A stretch of 64,000 bases of DNA from an uncultured bacterium (GTDB lineage: Bacteria; Acidobacteriota; Thermoanaerobaculia; Multivoradales; J023), in contig CBDUYN010000012.1 in the NCBI GenBank assembly GCA_965371445.1, positions 10,878 through 74,877 of the forward strand, written 5' to 3'. Positions 24,400 through 33,148 of this stretch are shown in pieces. Numbering within the stretch: position 1 is the stretch's first letter; each line of letters begins with the position of its first letter. The position numbers were made by a program, and so were the translations under genes. The notes under the pieces are model-generated. The model searched no databases. It was given only the letters and a program-made list of their open reading frames with translations, and was not told the DNA's origin.

Positions 24400-27300
24400 A
24401 TGAACATCGCCGAGCTTGCTATTCGAAAAAGCGTCATCACCTGGGTGATGACGATTCTCATGGTGGTTGTCGGCTGGATGTCGTTCAACAACCTGTCGCG
24501 ACTGGAGGACCCGGAGTTCACCATCAAGGAGGCGATCGTCCTGACTCCCTACCCCGGCGCCTCGGGGGCCGAGATCGAGGAAGAGGTCACGAACGTCCTT
24601 GAGAAAGCCGTCCAGCAGATGGGACAGCTCCTCTACGTCGAGTCGCGCTCCTCGCGCGGTTTCTCGCAGATCAAGGTCCGCATCAAGGACCAGTACACCA
24701 AGGCCCGGCTGCCGCAGGTCTGGGACGAGCTGCGCCGCAAGATCGGCGACGCCCAGCGCCAGCTGCCGCCGGGCGCCGGGCCGTCGCTCGTCAATGACGA
24801 CTTCGGCGACGTCTACGGCGTTTACTACGCCCTGACCGGCGAAGGCTACACATACCGGGAGCTCTACGACGTCGCGAAGCTCCTCCAGCGGGAGCTCCTC
24901 CAGGCCCAGGACGTCAAGCGGATCACCTTCTACGGCGTGCAGCCCGAGGTGATCTACGTCGAGATGCGGCGCGAGAAGATGGCCGAGCTCGGCGTCTCGC
25001 AGCAGGAAATCTACGGCGCCCTGGCTGCCAAGAACCTTCCCGTCACCGCCGGCAACATCAACCTGGGGCCCGAGTACCTGGCGGTGAATCCGACCGGCGA
25101 GTTCGAATCGGAGCAGGAGTTCGGCGAGCTCCTGATCGCCGGTCGGGGGACGGACTCTCTAGTCTATCTACGTGACGTCGCCGACGTCCGGCGGGGCTAT
25201 CGCGAGCCGGCACGCGGTTACCTACGCTACGACAGGTCGCCGGCGATCGGTCTCGCCATCTCGACCATCGACGGCGGTAACGTCGTGACGATGGGCGATT
25301 CCATCAACGACAAGCTCGACGAGATCCGCGGCGAGATCCCCCTCGGCATGGAGCTACGTCCGATCTCGCTCCAGAACGAGGCGGTGAAGGTGGCGATCAG
25401 CGGCTTCATCGTCAACCTCGGCGAGGCGGTGTTGATCGTCGTGGTCGTCCTACTCCTTTTCATGGGCCTTAGAAGCGGTGTGATCATCGGCTTCATCCTT
25501 CTCCTCACCATCATGGGGACGTTCATCTTCATGGACATGAAGGGCGTCGTCCTGGAACGTATCTCCCTCGGTGCTCTGGTGATCGCCCTCGGCATGCTGG
25601 TCGACAACGCCATCGTCGTCGTCGACGGCATGCGGATGAAGATGGAGCAGGGAATCGACGCCGTGAAAGCGGCCCGCGACGTCGTCGGCCAGACCTCGAT
25701 TCCGCTCTTGGGGGCGACTTTTGTCGCGGTCGCCGCGTTCGCCTCGATCGGTACGTCGCAGGACTCGACTGGAGAATACTGCCGATCGCTTTTTATCGTG
25801 ATCTTAATCTCGCTGACGCTGTCGTGGCTCACCGCGGTGACGGCGACGCCTCTTTTGTGCAAGACCTTCCTCAAGGTGAAAAGCGGCGACGGCGAGGCAA
25901 AAGATCCCTACGGTGCCATACACTTCCGGATCTACAAGCGCTTCTTGAGCGCCTCGATCCGCATGCGCTGGGTGACGGTGACGGTGGTCGTCCTCCTCTT
26001 CGCGCTGTCGATCGTCGGTTTCGGCGGCGTCAAGAAGAGCTTTTTTCCCGACTCGACGCGGCCGCAGTTCTTTGTCGACTTCTGGTTCCCGGAGGGAACG
26101 CACATCGACGAGACGTCGCGTCTTCTCGAGCGCGCCGAGGGCTTCCTGGCCGAGCAGGACGGCGTGATGCACGCGACCACCATGGTCGGCGGTGGACAGA
26201 TCCGTTTCCTCCTGACCTATTCCCCCGAAAGCGCCTACCCGAGCTTTGGCCAGATCTTAATCGACGTCGAGGATTACAAGACGATTCCCGCGATGACGAA
26301 AAGCCTGCAGACCGACCTGGAGGAGCTCTTTCCGGAGGCGAACGTCAACGTCCGCATGTTCGTCAACGGTCCTTCGACGGGCGGCAAGATCCAGCTGCGG
26401 CTCTACGGTCCCGACGGCAGCGAGCTGCGTCGTATGGCAACGGTAGTCGAGGAGATCTTCGCGGCCGATCCGGTGACCAAGGCGTTTCGTAACGAGTGGC
26501 GGGACATGGTGAAGGTGCTGCGTCCGCAGATGGCGGAGACGCAGGCGCGCCAGGCGGGGATCACCCGTCCGATGCTGGGCCAGGCGGTGCAAGCGGCGGT
26601 CGAGGGTACACCGGCCGGCGTCTACCGGGAAGGCGACGAGCTCCTACCGATCATCGCCCGCTCGCCGGAATACGAACGCGTCGACTTCACAAATCTCGCG
26701 AGTATCCAGATCTGGAGCCCGGGGGCGCAGCGCATGATTCCCCTCGGCCAGGTAGTGACGGGCTTCGAGGTCGAGTACGAAGATCCCCACGTCTGGCGCC
26801 GCGACCGGATGAAGATGCTCAAACTCCACGCCGATCCACGCTACGGGCTGCCCAGCGACTTGCTCGCCCGGGTCAAGCCCAAGATCGAGCAGGCGTTGGG
26901 GGTCGACGCCCGGCAGAAAATCGGCCGTGACGTCGCGCCCGAGGACTGGACCGTGGCGACGATTCCGGTCAGCGACAGCGACCGAATTCCGCTGACGAAG
27001 CCGGGTTATTCGATGGCCTGGGGCGGCGAGATCGAGGATTCGGCCCGTTCGCAAGGCGGCCTCGCGAAGTCGCTGCCGATCTTTTTCGGCCTGATGGTCC
27101 TGATCGTCATCTGGCTCTTCAACAGCTTGAAGCGGACGGCGATCATCTGGCTCTGCGTGCCGCTGGCGTTGATCGGCGTCACCGCGGGGCTCCTGATGTT
27201 TCGTCAGCCGTTCGGCTTCATGTCGCTTCTCGGCTTGATGAGCCTGGCGGGTATGTTGATCAAGAACGCCATCGTCCTGATCGATCAGATCGACCTGGAG

Positions 27301-27540
27301 ATGGGGAGCGGCAAGGTGCCGTTCGACGCGGTGGTCGACTCGGGCGTCAGCCGTCTGATCCCGGTGGCGATGGCGGCGGCGACGACGATCCTCGGCATGA
27401 TTCCGCTTCTAAAAGACGCGTTTTTCGTCGCCATGGCGGTGACGATCATGTTCGGCCTCGGCTTCGCCACGGTCCTGACCTTGATCGTCGTGCCGGTGCT
27501 CTACGCGATTTTCTTCAAGGTTCCCAACGTAGCGAGATGA
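24400..27540 (+). CDS. RND-family multidrug efflux permease (AcrB/AcrD/AcrF family)
   Basis: 1046 aa with the AcrB-like N-terminus (MNIAELAIRKSVITWVMTILMVVVGWMSFNNLSRLEDPEFTIKEA), 12-TM topology with two large periplasmic loops, and a conserved C-terminus (VLTLIVVPVLYAIFFKV). Confidence 0.9.
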   Translation: MNIAELAIRKSVITWVMTILMVVVGWMSFNNLSRLEDPEFTIKEAIVLTPYPGASGAEIEEEVTNVLEKAVQQMGQLLYVESRSSRGFSQIKVRIKDQYTKARLPQVWDELRRKIGDAQRQLPPGAGPSLVNDDFGDVYGVYYALTGEGYTYRELYDVAKLLQRELLQAQDVKRITFYGVQPEVIYVEMRREKMAELGVSQQEIYGALAAKNLPVTAGNINLGPEYLAVNPTGEFESEQEFGELLIAGRGTDSLVYLRDVADVRRGYREPARGYLRYDRSPAIGLAISTIDGGNVVTMGDSINDKLDEIRGEIPLGMELRPISLQNEAVKVAISGFIVNLGEAVLIVVVVLLLFMGLRSGVIIGFILLLTIMGTFIFMDMKGVVLERISLGALVIALGMLVDNAIVVVDGMRMKMEQGIDAVKAARDVVGQTSIPLLGATFVAVAAFASIGTSQDSTGEYCRSLFIVILISLTLSWLTAVTATPLLCKTFLKVKSGDGEAKDPYGAIHFRIYKRFLSASIRMRWVTVTVVVLLFALSIVGFGGVKKSFFPDSTRPQFFVDFWFPEGTHIDETSRLLERAEGFLAEQDGVMHATTMVGGGQIRFLLTYSPESAYPSFGQILIDVEDYKTIPAMTKSLQTDLEELFPEANVNVRMFVNGPSTGGKIQLRLYGPDGSELRRMATVVEEIFAADPVTKAFRNEWRDMVKVLRPQMAETQARQAGITRPMLGQAVQAAVEGTPAGVYREGDELLPIIARSPEYERVDFTNLASIQIWSPGAQRMIPLGQVVTGFEVEYEDPHVWRRDRMKMLKLHADPRYGLPSDLLARVKPKIEQALGVDARQKIGRDVAPEDWTVATIPVSDSDRIPLTKPGYSMAWGGEIEDSARSQGGLAKSLPIFFGLMVLIVIWLFNSLKRTAIIWLCVPLALIGVTAGLLMFRQPFGFMSLLGLMSLAGMLIKNAIVLIDQIDLEMGSGKVPFDAVVDSGVSRLIPVAMAAATTILGMIPLLKDAFFVAMAVTIMFGLGFATVLTLIVVPVLYAIFFKVPNVAR

Positions 27541-28247
27541 AGATGAAAACAAAGGCAACTATCCTCCTCTCCATAGTCCTCCTACTCCCGCTGGCGGCGA
27601 CGGCTCAACCGCCGAACGACCTCACGGCCGAGTCGCAAGAGCTCGCGGAGAAGATCGAGCAGTACTTCAACGCCCGCGAGCGTGAGAACGACGCGCTCGC
27701 CGAGTTCTCGCGGCTGAGCCGGCTCCTCGACGAGACCCTGGGCGACCCCCACAGCGGCCGCTCGGAGCTGATCAACCTCGACACCCAGGTGAAGGTGGCA
27801 CGTGAGAGGGCCTGCGCCTACACCGAGGAGACGGCCGAGCGGCGCCGGAGCATGTTCGAGAGCATGAAACGAGTCGCCGCCATGGTCCAAGAGCTCGAGC
27901 GGTTGGGGCTCGCGACCGACGGCTCTACCGTCGACGTCGGCGGGTGGTGGCAGGTGGAGGCCCAGCCGAGCGACGTCTGGGGCTTCCTCGAGCTGGCGCA
28001 GGACGGGATGCTCGTGACCGGCTCCTACCGTCTTTCAAACGGTTCCGAAGGCTCGATGAAGGGCACCTTCAGCGGCGGCCACCTGAAGCTGGAGATGGTC
28101 GACTCCGAACGCGGGACGGTGGGCGACGTCGAAGGCGAGATCGACGCGGAGTCCGGCGAGATCCACGGCACCTGGAGCACCCGCGAGGTCGGTTCCGGCC
28201 GTCCCGCGGCCGGCGAGTGGACGGCCCGCCGGGTGTCGATGGGTTAG
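27537..28247 (+). CDS. Secreted hypothetical protein; its start overlaps the RND stop
   Basis: Signal peptide (MKTKATILLSIVLLLPLAATAQ), then a ~210-aa soluble domain with no recognisable motifs. Confidence 0.45.
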   Translation: MKMKTKATILLSIVLLLPLAATAQPPNDLTAESQELAEKIEQYFNARERENDALAEFSRLSRLLDETLGDPHSGRSELINLDTQVKVARERACAYTEETAERRRSMFESMKRVAAMVQELERLGLATDGSTVDVGGWWQVEAQPSDVWGFLELAQDGMLVTGSYRLSNGSEGSMKGTFSGGHLKLEMVDSERGTVGDVEGEIDAESGEIHGTWSTREVGSGRPAAGEWTARRVSMG

Positions 28248-28431
28248 ACGGAGAAACAGTCACCCACCACCACGGAGCAAGAGCCATGAGCAGCACGAAC
28301 GGCGCATGCAGGCGACCCGCATGCAGAACGCTTTGGAGCTCGTCGAGAAGATGACCGAGCAAAGCGTCCCCGAGGAGCTCGTGGTAGACTAGACGAACCG
28401 TATCGTCAGACGGCATCCTCCAGGAGAAGTC

Positions 28432-28776
28432 ATGATCGAGTCACCGACACCCAAAACAGCCCCCGAAGGTGTCCCTCTGTCGTCGGATCTCGACGATCCC
28501 GAAGCCTTTCCGTGCTTCCTTTGTGACGATCCGATGACCAACCGCGGGCTTCGAGAGCGGCTGCGGACAGCCTCGCCTCCCGAGAGGACCCGCCTCCTGG
28601 CCAAGATCCTGCGCGAGGCGCGCGACACCGACGTCTGGAAGTACACCACTCCTGATGCGGTCGCAGAGGCCTGGTTGGCTCTCTCGCTCCATCTGGGCCG
28701 CCGGCGTGCGTTCTGGGAGTTCCTGCTGAGCTCCTGGGCCAGTCAAGGACGGATCCACTTTGAACCGGCTCGATAG
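28432..28776 (+). CDS. Hypothetical 114-aa protein upstream of, and overlapping, the AbiEii-like NTase fragment (possible antitoxin-like partner)
   Basis: ORF only. Stop at 28774-28776 overlaps the TTG/ATG of the next ORF. No motif recognised. Confidence 0.3.
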   Translation: MIESPTPKTAPEGVPLSSDLDDPEAFPCFLCDDPMTNRGLRERLRTASPPERTRLLAKILREARDTDVWKYTTPDAVAEAWLALSLHLGRRRAFWEFLLSSWASQGRIHFEPAR

Positions 28777-29182
28777 CCTCCAACAGGAGGTGCTCCGCGC
28801 TTTTTTCGAGTACGAAAGCCGCTTCTTCCTGACCGGTGGCGCCGCTCTGGCCGGTTTCCACCTTCAGCACCGGACGACCAAAGACCTGGAGCTCTTCACG
28901 GTCGAAGACCGGATCGATGAGGGCGCTGCCGCGTTAGCCGCCATCGCGCAGGATCTCGGCGGGTCCCTTGAGAGCCTGGTCGTCTACGTGGATTTTCGCC
29001 GCTATCTCTTACGGCGAGGCTCAAGCTCGGTGGTCGTTGAGCGCGCTTCATCGCCCTTCCTGGCTTACCCTGAGGGCGGACCCGCCTGGGGAGCCGGCGC
29101 GCCGCGCTCGCCTGTGCGCCCCCCGCGCTGGTGGGGATCTCGACCAGCGGGTACACTGGATCCGTATACTCCGTCGAAGTAG
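28760..29182 (+). pseudogene. AbiEii/AbiGii-family (DUF1814-like) nucleotidyltransferase, N-terminal fragment only
   Basis: N-terminus SLQQEVLRAFFEYESRFFLTGGAALAGFHLQHRTTKDLELF matches the family hallmark (F.LkGGTAL....R.S.DlDf). After ~90 aa the sequence degenerates, and the next gene (ankyrin protein) begins at 29217. The expected full length would be ~250-300 aa. Confidence 0.45.
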
Positions 29183-29216
29183 CCGAAACTGGGAAAAACC
29201 GCAGACTCCGAAGACT

Positions 29217-29834
29217 ATGACACGACTCTTTCACTCGTTCGCCCTCCTGGCCCTCCTGGCCGGCTGCTCGGCCGAGACCGAAGGAACCGCAACCGCCGTC
29301 GAGGAACCGGCCGCGAAGGCGCCTCCGGCGGTCGCTTTGTCCGCCGCCGAGGCCCTGTGGGCCGCCACCCTCGACGGCCCCACCGACGTGGTCCGAAAAG
29401 CGCTCGACGGCGGCGCCGATGTCAACGCGGCCGACCCGGACGAACGCACAGCCCTGATGCTGGCGGCCTTCAACGGCCGCACCGAGGTCGTCCGCCTGCT
29501 GCTCCAGCGCGGAGCACGGGTGGGCGACCGCGACCTCATGGGGCGCACGGCGCTGATGTACTCCTCGACCGGCGCCTTCGTCGACACCGTCGAGCTGCTC
29601 CTTCAAAACGGCTCCGACCCGAACGTGGCGGACAAGAGCGAAGTGTGGACAGCGCTGATGTTCGCCGCCGGCGAAGGTCAGATGGAGGTGGTCCGTATGC
29701 TATTGAGCTACGGCGCCGAACCCGGCGTGGTCGACAGCGACGGTGACACCGCCGCCGACCACGCGGTGACCAAGGGCCACAAGGAGGTGGCGCGGGCTCT
29801 GCGGCAGGCGGCCGGTGTGGACTCCGGAGCATGA
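29217..29834 (+). CDS. Ankyrin-repeat lipoprotein (4 ANK repeats)
   Basis: Lipobox (FALLALLAGCSA). Repeats: TALMLAAFNGRTEVVRLLLQRGA, TALMYSSTGAFVDTVELLLQNGSDPN, TALMFAAGEGQMEVVRMLLSYGA, TAADHAVTKGHKEVARAL. Confidence 0.75.
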   Translation: MTRLFHSFALLALLAGCSAETEGTATAVEEPAAKAPPAVALSAAEALWAATLDGPTDVVRKALDGGADVNAADPDERTALMLAAFNGRTEVVRLLLQRGARVGDRDLMGRTALMYSSTGAFVDTVELLLQNGSDPNVADKSEVWTALMFAAGEGQMEVVRMLLSYGAEPGVVDSDGDTAADHAVTKGHKEVARALRQAAGVDSGA

Positions 29835-29936
29835 ACAGACAAACCATGAGGGAGATCGCCTACACCCTGATCGGCTGGACGGTCCTGGCTCTCGCCGCCT
29901 GCGGGGCGCCCCGTCCCGAGGAGGAGACCCCGTGAG
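29832..29936 (+). CDS. Possible small lipoprotein (34 aa), not in the ORF track (below length cut-off)
   Basis: MNRQTMREIAYTLIGWTVLALAACGAPRPEEETP-stop. Lipobox-like LAAC. Start overlaps the ankyrin stop. Speculative. Confidence 0.15.
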
Positions 29937-30025
29937 TGTTTTGCGGGCGACTCTACCGGCGATGCCGAAGACCCAGGCGAGAAAGACCGAGAAGAAACCA
30001 TGAGAGGTCCCCGCAGGGACGCCTG

Positions 30026-30070
30026 GATGAACTACGCGAAACCGAATTGATGAACTGGATCAAACCGAAT
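30026..30070. promoter_or_regulatory. Two adjacent 22-bp direct repeats located 24-68 bp upstream of the first sulfatase gene (possible regulator binding site)
   Basis: GATGAACTACGCGAAACCGAAT (30026-30047), then T, then GATGAACTGGATCAAACCGAAT (30049-30070). 17 of 22 positions are identical. Confidence 0.3.
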
Positions 30071-30093
30071 CCCAACCAGACAGGAGAGCCCGA

Positions 30094-31539
30094 ATGATCA
30101 GAGGCGGAGTCTTGAAGATTGTCCTTGCATTGCTGCTATTCAGCTTCGGCGTGTTGCCGGGATCATCATTCGCCCAAGTTGAGAAGCCCAATGTCGTTGT
30201 GATGGTCATGGATAATCTCGGCTGGGGTGAAATTGGGGTTTATGGCGGTGGAATCCTCCGTGGGGCGGAGACCCCCCGGCTCGACAAACTTGCCGCCGAG
30301 GGCATGCGGTTTCTCAACTTCAACGTCGAGACTCAGTGCACTCCCAGTCGTTCTGCGCTGATGACGGGCCGTCACCCCATCCGATCGGGGACGACCAAAG
30401 TGGTCTGGGGTCAGCTCTACGGCATGACTCAGTGGGAAGTCACCATCGCCGAGCTGCTTTCTGAACAAGGGTACGCAACGGGTATGTTCGGCAAGTGGCA
30501 CCTCGGTGATACCAAGGGCCGCTTTCCGACAGATCAAGGGTTTGACCAGTGGTACGGGATCCCCAACACGACCGACGAGTCGCTCTATGTGGATGGCTTT
30601 CAGTTCGACCCCGAGACTCTCGAGGCGCCACACATCATGCAGAGCGTGAGGGGGAAGGCGCCCGATGAAGTGAAGGTCTACGACCGCGAGGCGCGGCGCA
30701 GAATCGACGCTGAACTAGCGCGACGCGCGATCGACTTCATGGAACGTAGCGTCGAGGCTGGTAAACCGTTCTTCGCATACGTCCCGTTCACGCTGGTGCA
30801 CGTGCCCGCAGTACCGCATCCAGACTTCGAGGGATCTACCGGGAACGGCCGCTGGGCCGATGTACTTGCCGAGTTGGATCACCGCGCTGGACAGATTCTG
30901 GACGCGATTGACGATCTCAAGGTTCGGGACAACACGGTCGTCATCTGGATGAGCGACAACGGTCCTGAGGAAATCTATCCTCACCACGGGACAGCAGGGC
31001 CCTGGCGAGGTACCTATTTCACCGCCCTCGAGGGTTCCTTGCGGGCGCCGTTCTTGATTCGTTGGCCGGGCCGGATCCCGGCAGGGTCGGTCCACAATGA
31101 GATCATGCACGTCACCGATCTCTATCCCACCATGGCGCGTATCTCAGGCGCGAAGGTTCCGACGGATCGGGTCATCGACGGTGTTGACCAATTCGAATTT
31201 CTGACAGGGCAGGCGGAGCACTCAGCTCGTGAGGGCTTCCCGGTCTACAACGGCGACAACCTGCAGGCATACAAGTGGCGGAACTGGAAATTGCACTTTT
31301 ACACACAAGAGACCATGCGCTCCGTCATCGAGCGGCCCGGTATGCCGAGGATGTACAACCTGCTGACCGACCCAAAGGAGCAATACGACTTGATCGAGAT
31401 GGGCGGAAGGGCCAGCGAGGACAACTTCTGGGTGATGCCGGTCATCAGTAAGCTCTTGGTCGATCATCAGCGCAGCCTCGCTCAGTCGCCACCGATTCCG
31501 CTCGGCACACCGGATCCGTATCTACCAGGGAAACGCTGA
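30094..31539 (+). CDS. Arylsulfatase-family (formylglycine-dependent) sulfatase
   Basis: Signal peptide, canonical CTPSRSALMTGR sulfatase signature, GKWHLG motif, RBS caggagag. Confidence 0.85.
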   Translation: MIRGGVLKIVLALLLFSFGVLPGSSFAQVEKPNVVVMVMDNLGWGEIGVYGGGILRGAETPRLDKLAAEGMRFLNFNVETQCTPSRSALMTGRHPIRSGTTKVVWGQLYGMTQWEVTIAELLSEQGYATGMFGKWHLGDTKGRFPTDQGFDQWYGIPNTTDESLYVDGFQFDPETLEAPHIMQSVRGKAPDEVKVYDREARRRIDAELARRAIDFMERSVEAGKPFFAYVPFTLVHVPAVPHPDFEGSTGNGRWADVLAELDHRAGQILDAIDDLKVRDNTVVIWMSDNGPEEIYPHHGTAGPWRGTYFTALEGSLRAPFLIRWPGRIPAGSVHNEIMHVTDLYPTMARISGAKVPTDRVIDGVDQFEFLTGQAEHSAREGFPVYNGDNLQAYKWRNWKLHFYTQETMRSVIERPGMPRMYNLLTDPKEQYDLIEMGGRASEDNFWVMPVISKLLVDHQRSLAQSPPIPLGTPDPYLPGKR

Positions 31540-31593
31540 CCGGGCATCCTGAACAGCTGTGAACCATCATCAACCAACCAACCGGAAAGAACC

Positions 31594-33105
31594 ATGAAAA
31601 GACTCACGATTCTCCTACTCCTCGTTCTTCTGACGGCCCTGCCGGCTGCGGCGCAAGACAAGCCCAACATTCTCGTCATCTTCGGCGATGATATCGGTAT
31701 GTACAACATCAGTGCTTACCACCGCGGCATGATGGGGGGCAGGACGCCCAACATCGATCGCATCGCCAACGAAGGGGCGCTTTTTACCGACTACTACGCT
31801 CAACAGAGCTGCACCGCTGGACGGGCGGCGTTCATCACCGGGCAGCATCCGTTCCGCACGGGCCTCTTGACCATCGGCATGCCGGGAGCCGACCAGGGGC
31901 TCCAGGACCAGGATCCGACCCTCGCCGAGCTGCTCAAGGAGCACGGCTACACCTCCGGCCAGTTCGGCAAGAACCACCTCGGCGACCGCGACAAGTTTCT
32001 GCCCACCAACCACGGCTTCGATGAATTCTACGGCAACCTCTACCACCTGAACGCCGAGGAGGAGCCGGAGACCTACCACTACCCGAAGGACCCCGAGTTC
32101 CACAAGAAGTTCGGCCCCCGGGGCGTGATCCACAGCTATGCCGACGGCCGCGTCGAGGACACCGGGCCGCTGACCCGTAAGCGAATGGAGAGCGCCGACG
32201 GGGAGTTTCTCGATGCTTCTCTCGACTTCATGGAGCGCGCGGTCAACGACCGCAAGCCCTTTTTCATCTGGCACAACGCGACTCGCATGCACGTCTGGAC
32301 CCGCCTCAGCCCGGAGTGGGACGGCAAGACCGGCCACGGCCTCTACGCCGACGGCATGGCCCAGCACGACCACGACATCGGCAAGCTCCTCGACAAGCTC
32401 GACGAGCTCGGCATCGCCGACAACACGATCGTGATCTACTCCACCGACAACGGTGCCCAGAAGTTCACCTGGCCCGACGGCGGTACGATCCCGTTCCGCG
32501 GCGAGAAGGGCACCACCTGGGAAGGCGGCTTCCGGGTGCCGGCGGCGGTACGCTGGCCCGGCCTGGTCAAGCCCGGCACGATCGTCAACGACATCTTCTC
32601 CCACGAAGACTGGGTGCCGACCCTGATGGCGGCGGCCGGCGATCCGGACATCAAGGAGAAGCTCAAGAAAGGCCACTCCGCCGCCGGCAAGACCTTCAAG
32701 ACCCACCTCGACGGCTACGACCAGCGGGCCGTGCTCTCCGGAGAGGGGCCCGGCGCACGCAACGAGATCTTTTATTTCGACGCGGGCGGTAACTTGAACG
32801 CCGTGCGCTATCGGGACTGGAAGGTGCACTTCACGATCATGGAGGGCGCGATCAACGAGGCGTACCGCAAGAGCCCGAGTTGGCCGCTGGTCGTCAACCT
32901 GCGTCAGGACCCGTTCGAGGTCACGCCCGACGCGGCGCTCTACACCCGCTGGCTCGGCGACCAGATGTGGCTCTTCGTGCCGGCTCAGGCCTTCGTCGGC
33001 CAGTTCCTGGCGACGTTCCAGGAGTTTCCGCCCAGCCAGGCGGTGGGTTCGCTGAGCGTCGAGAAGGTGCTCCAGCAACTGCAGACGCAGATCTCACGGC
33101 AATAG
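31594..33105 (+). CDS. Sulfatase-family protein with a non-canonical active-site signature (C-T-A-G-R instead of C-x-P-x-R)
   Basis: Signal peptide. QQSCTAGRAAFITGQHPFRTG at nt ~31810-31824. GKNHLGD, DNTIVIYSTDNG. Otherwise typical sulfatase length and motifs. Confidence 0.8.
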   Translation: MKRLTILLLLVLLTALPAAAQDKPNILVIFGDDIGMYNISAYHRGMMGGRTPNIDRIANEGALFTDYYAQQSCTAGRAAFITGQHPFRTGLLTIGMPGADQGLQDQDPTLAELLKEHGYTSGQFGKNHLGDRDKFLPTNHGFDEFYGNLYHLNAEEEPETYHYPKDPEFHKKFGPRGVIHSYADGRVEDTGPLTRKRMESADGEFLDASLDFMERAVNDRKPFFIWHNATRMHVWTRLSPEWDGKTGHGLYADGMAQHDHDIGKLLDKLDELGIADNTIVIYSTDNGAQKFTWPDGGTIPFRGEKGTTWEGGFRVPAAVRWPGLVKPGTIVNDIFSHEDWVPTLMAAAGDPDIKEKLKKGHSAAGKTFKTHLDGYDQRAVLSGEGPGARNEIFYFDAGGNLNAVRYRDWKVHFTIMEGAINEAYRKSPSWPLVVNLRQDPFEVTPDAALYTRWLGDQMWLFVPAQAFVGQFLATFQEFPPSQAVGSLSVEKVLQQLQTQISRQ

Positions 33106-33148
33106 GACGTCAAGGCAGCGATTGAACCTTGTTCAAAAAAAGGAAGAC

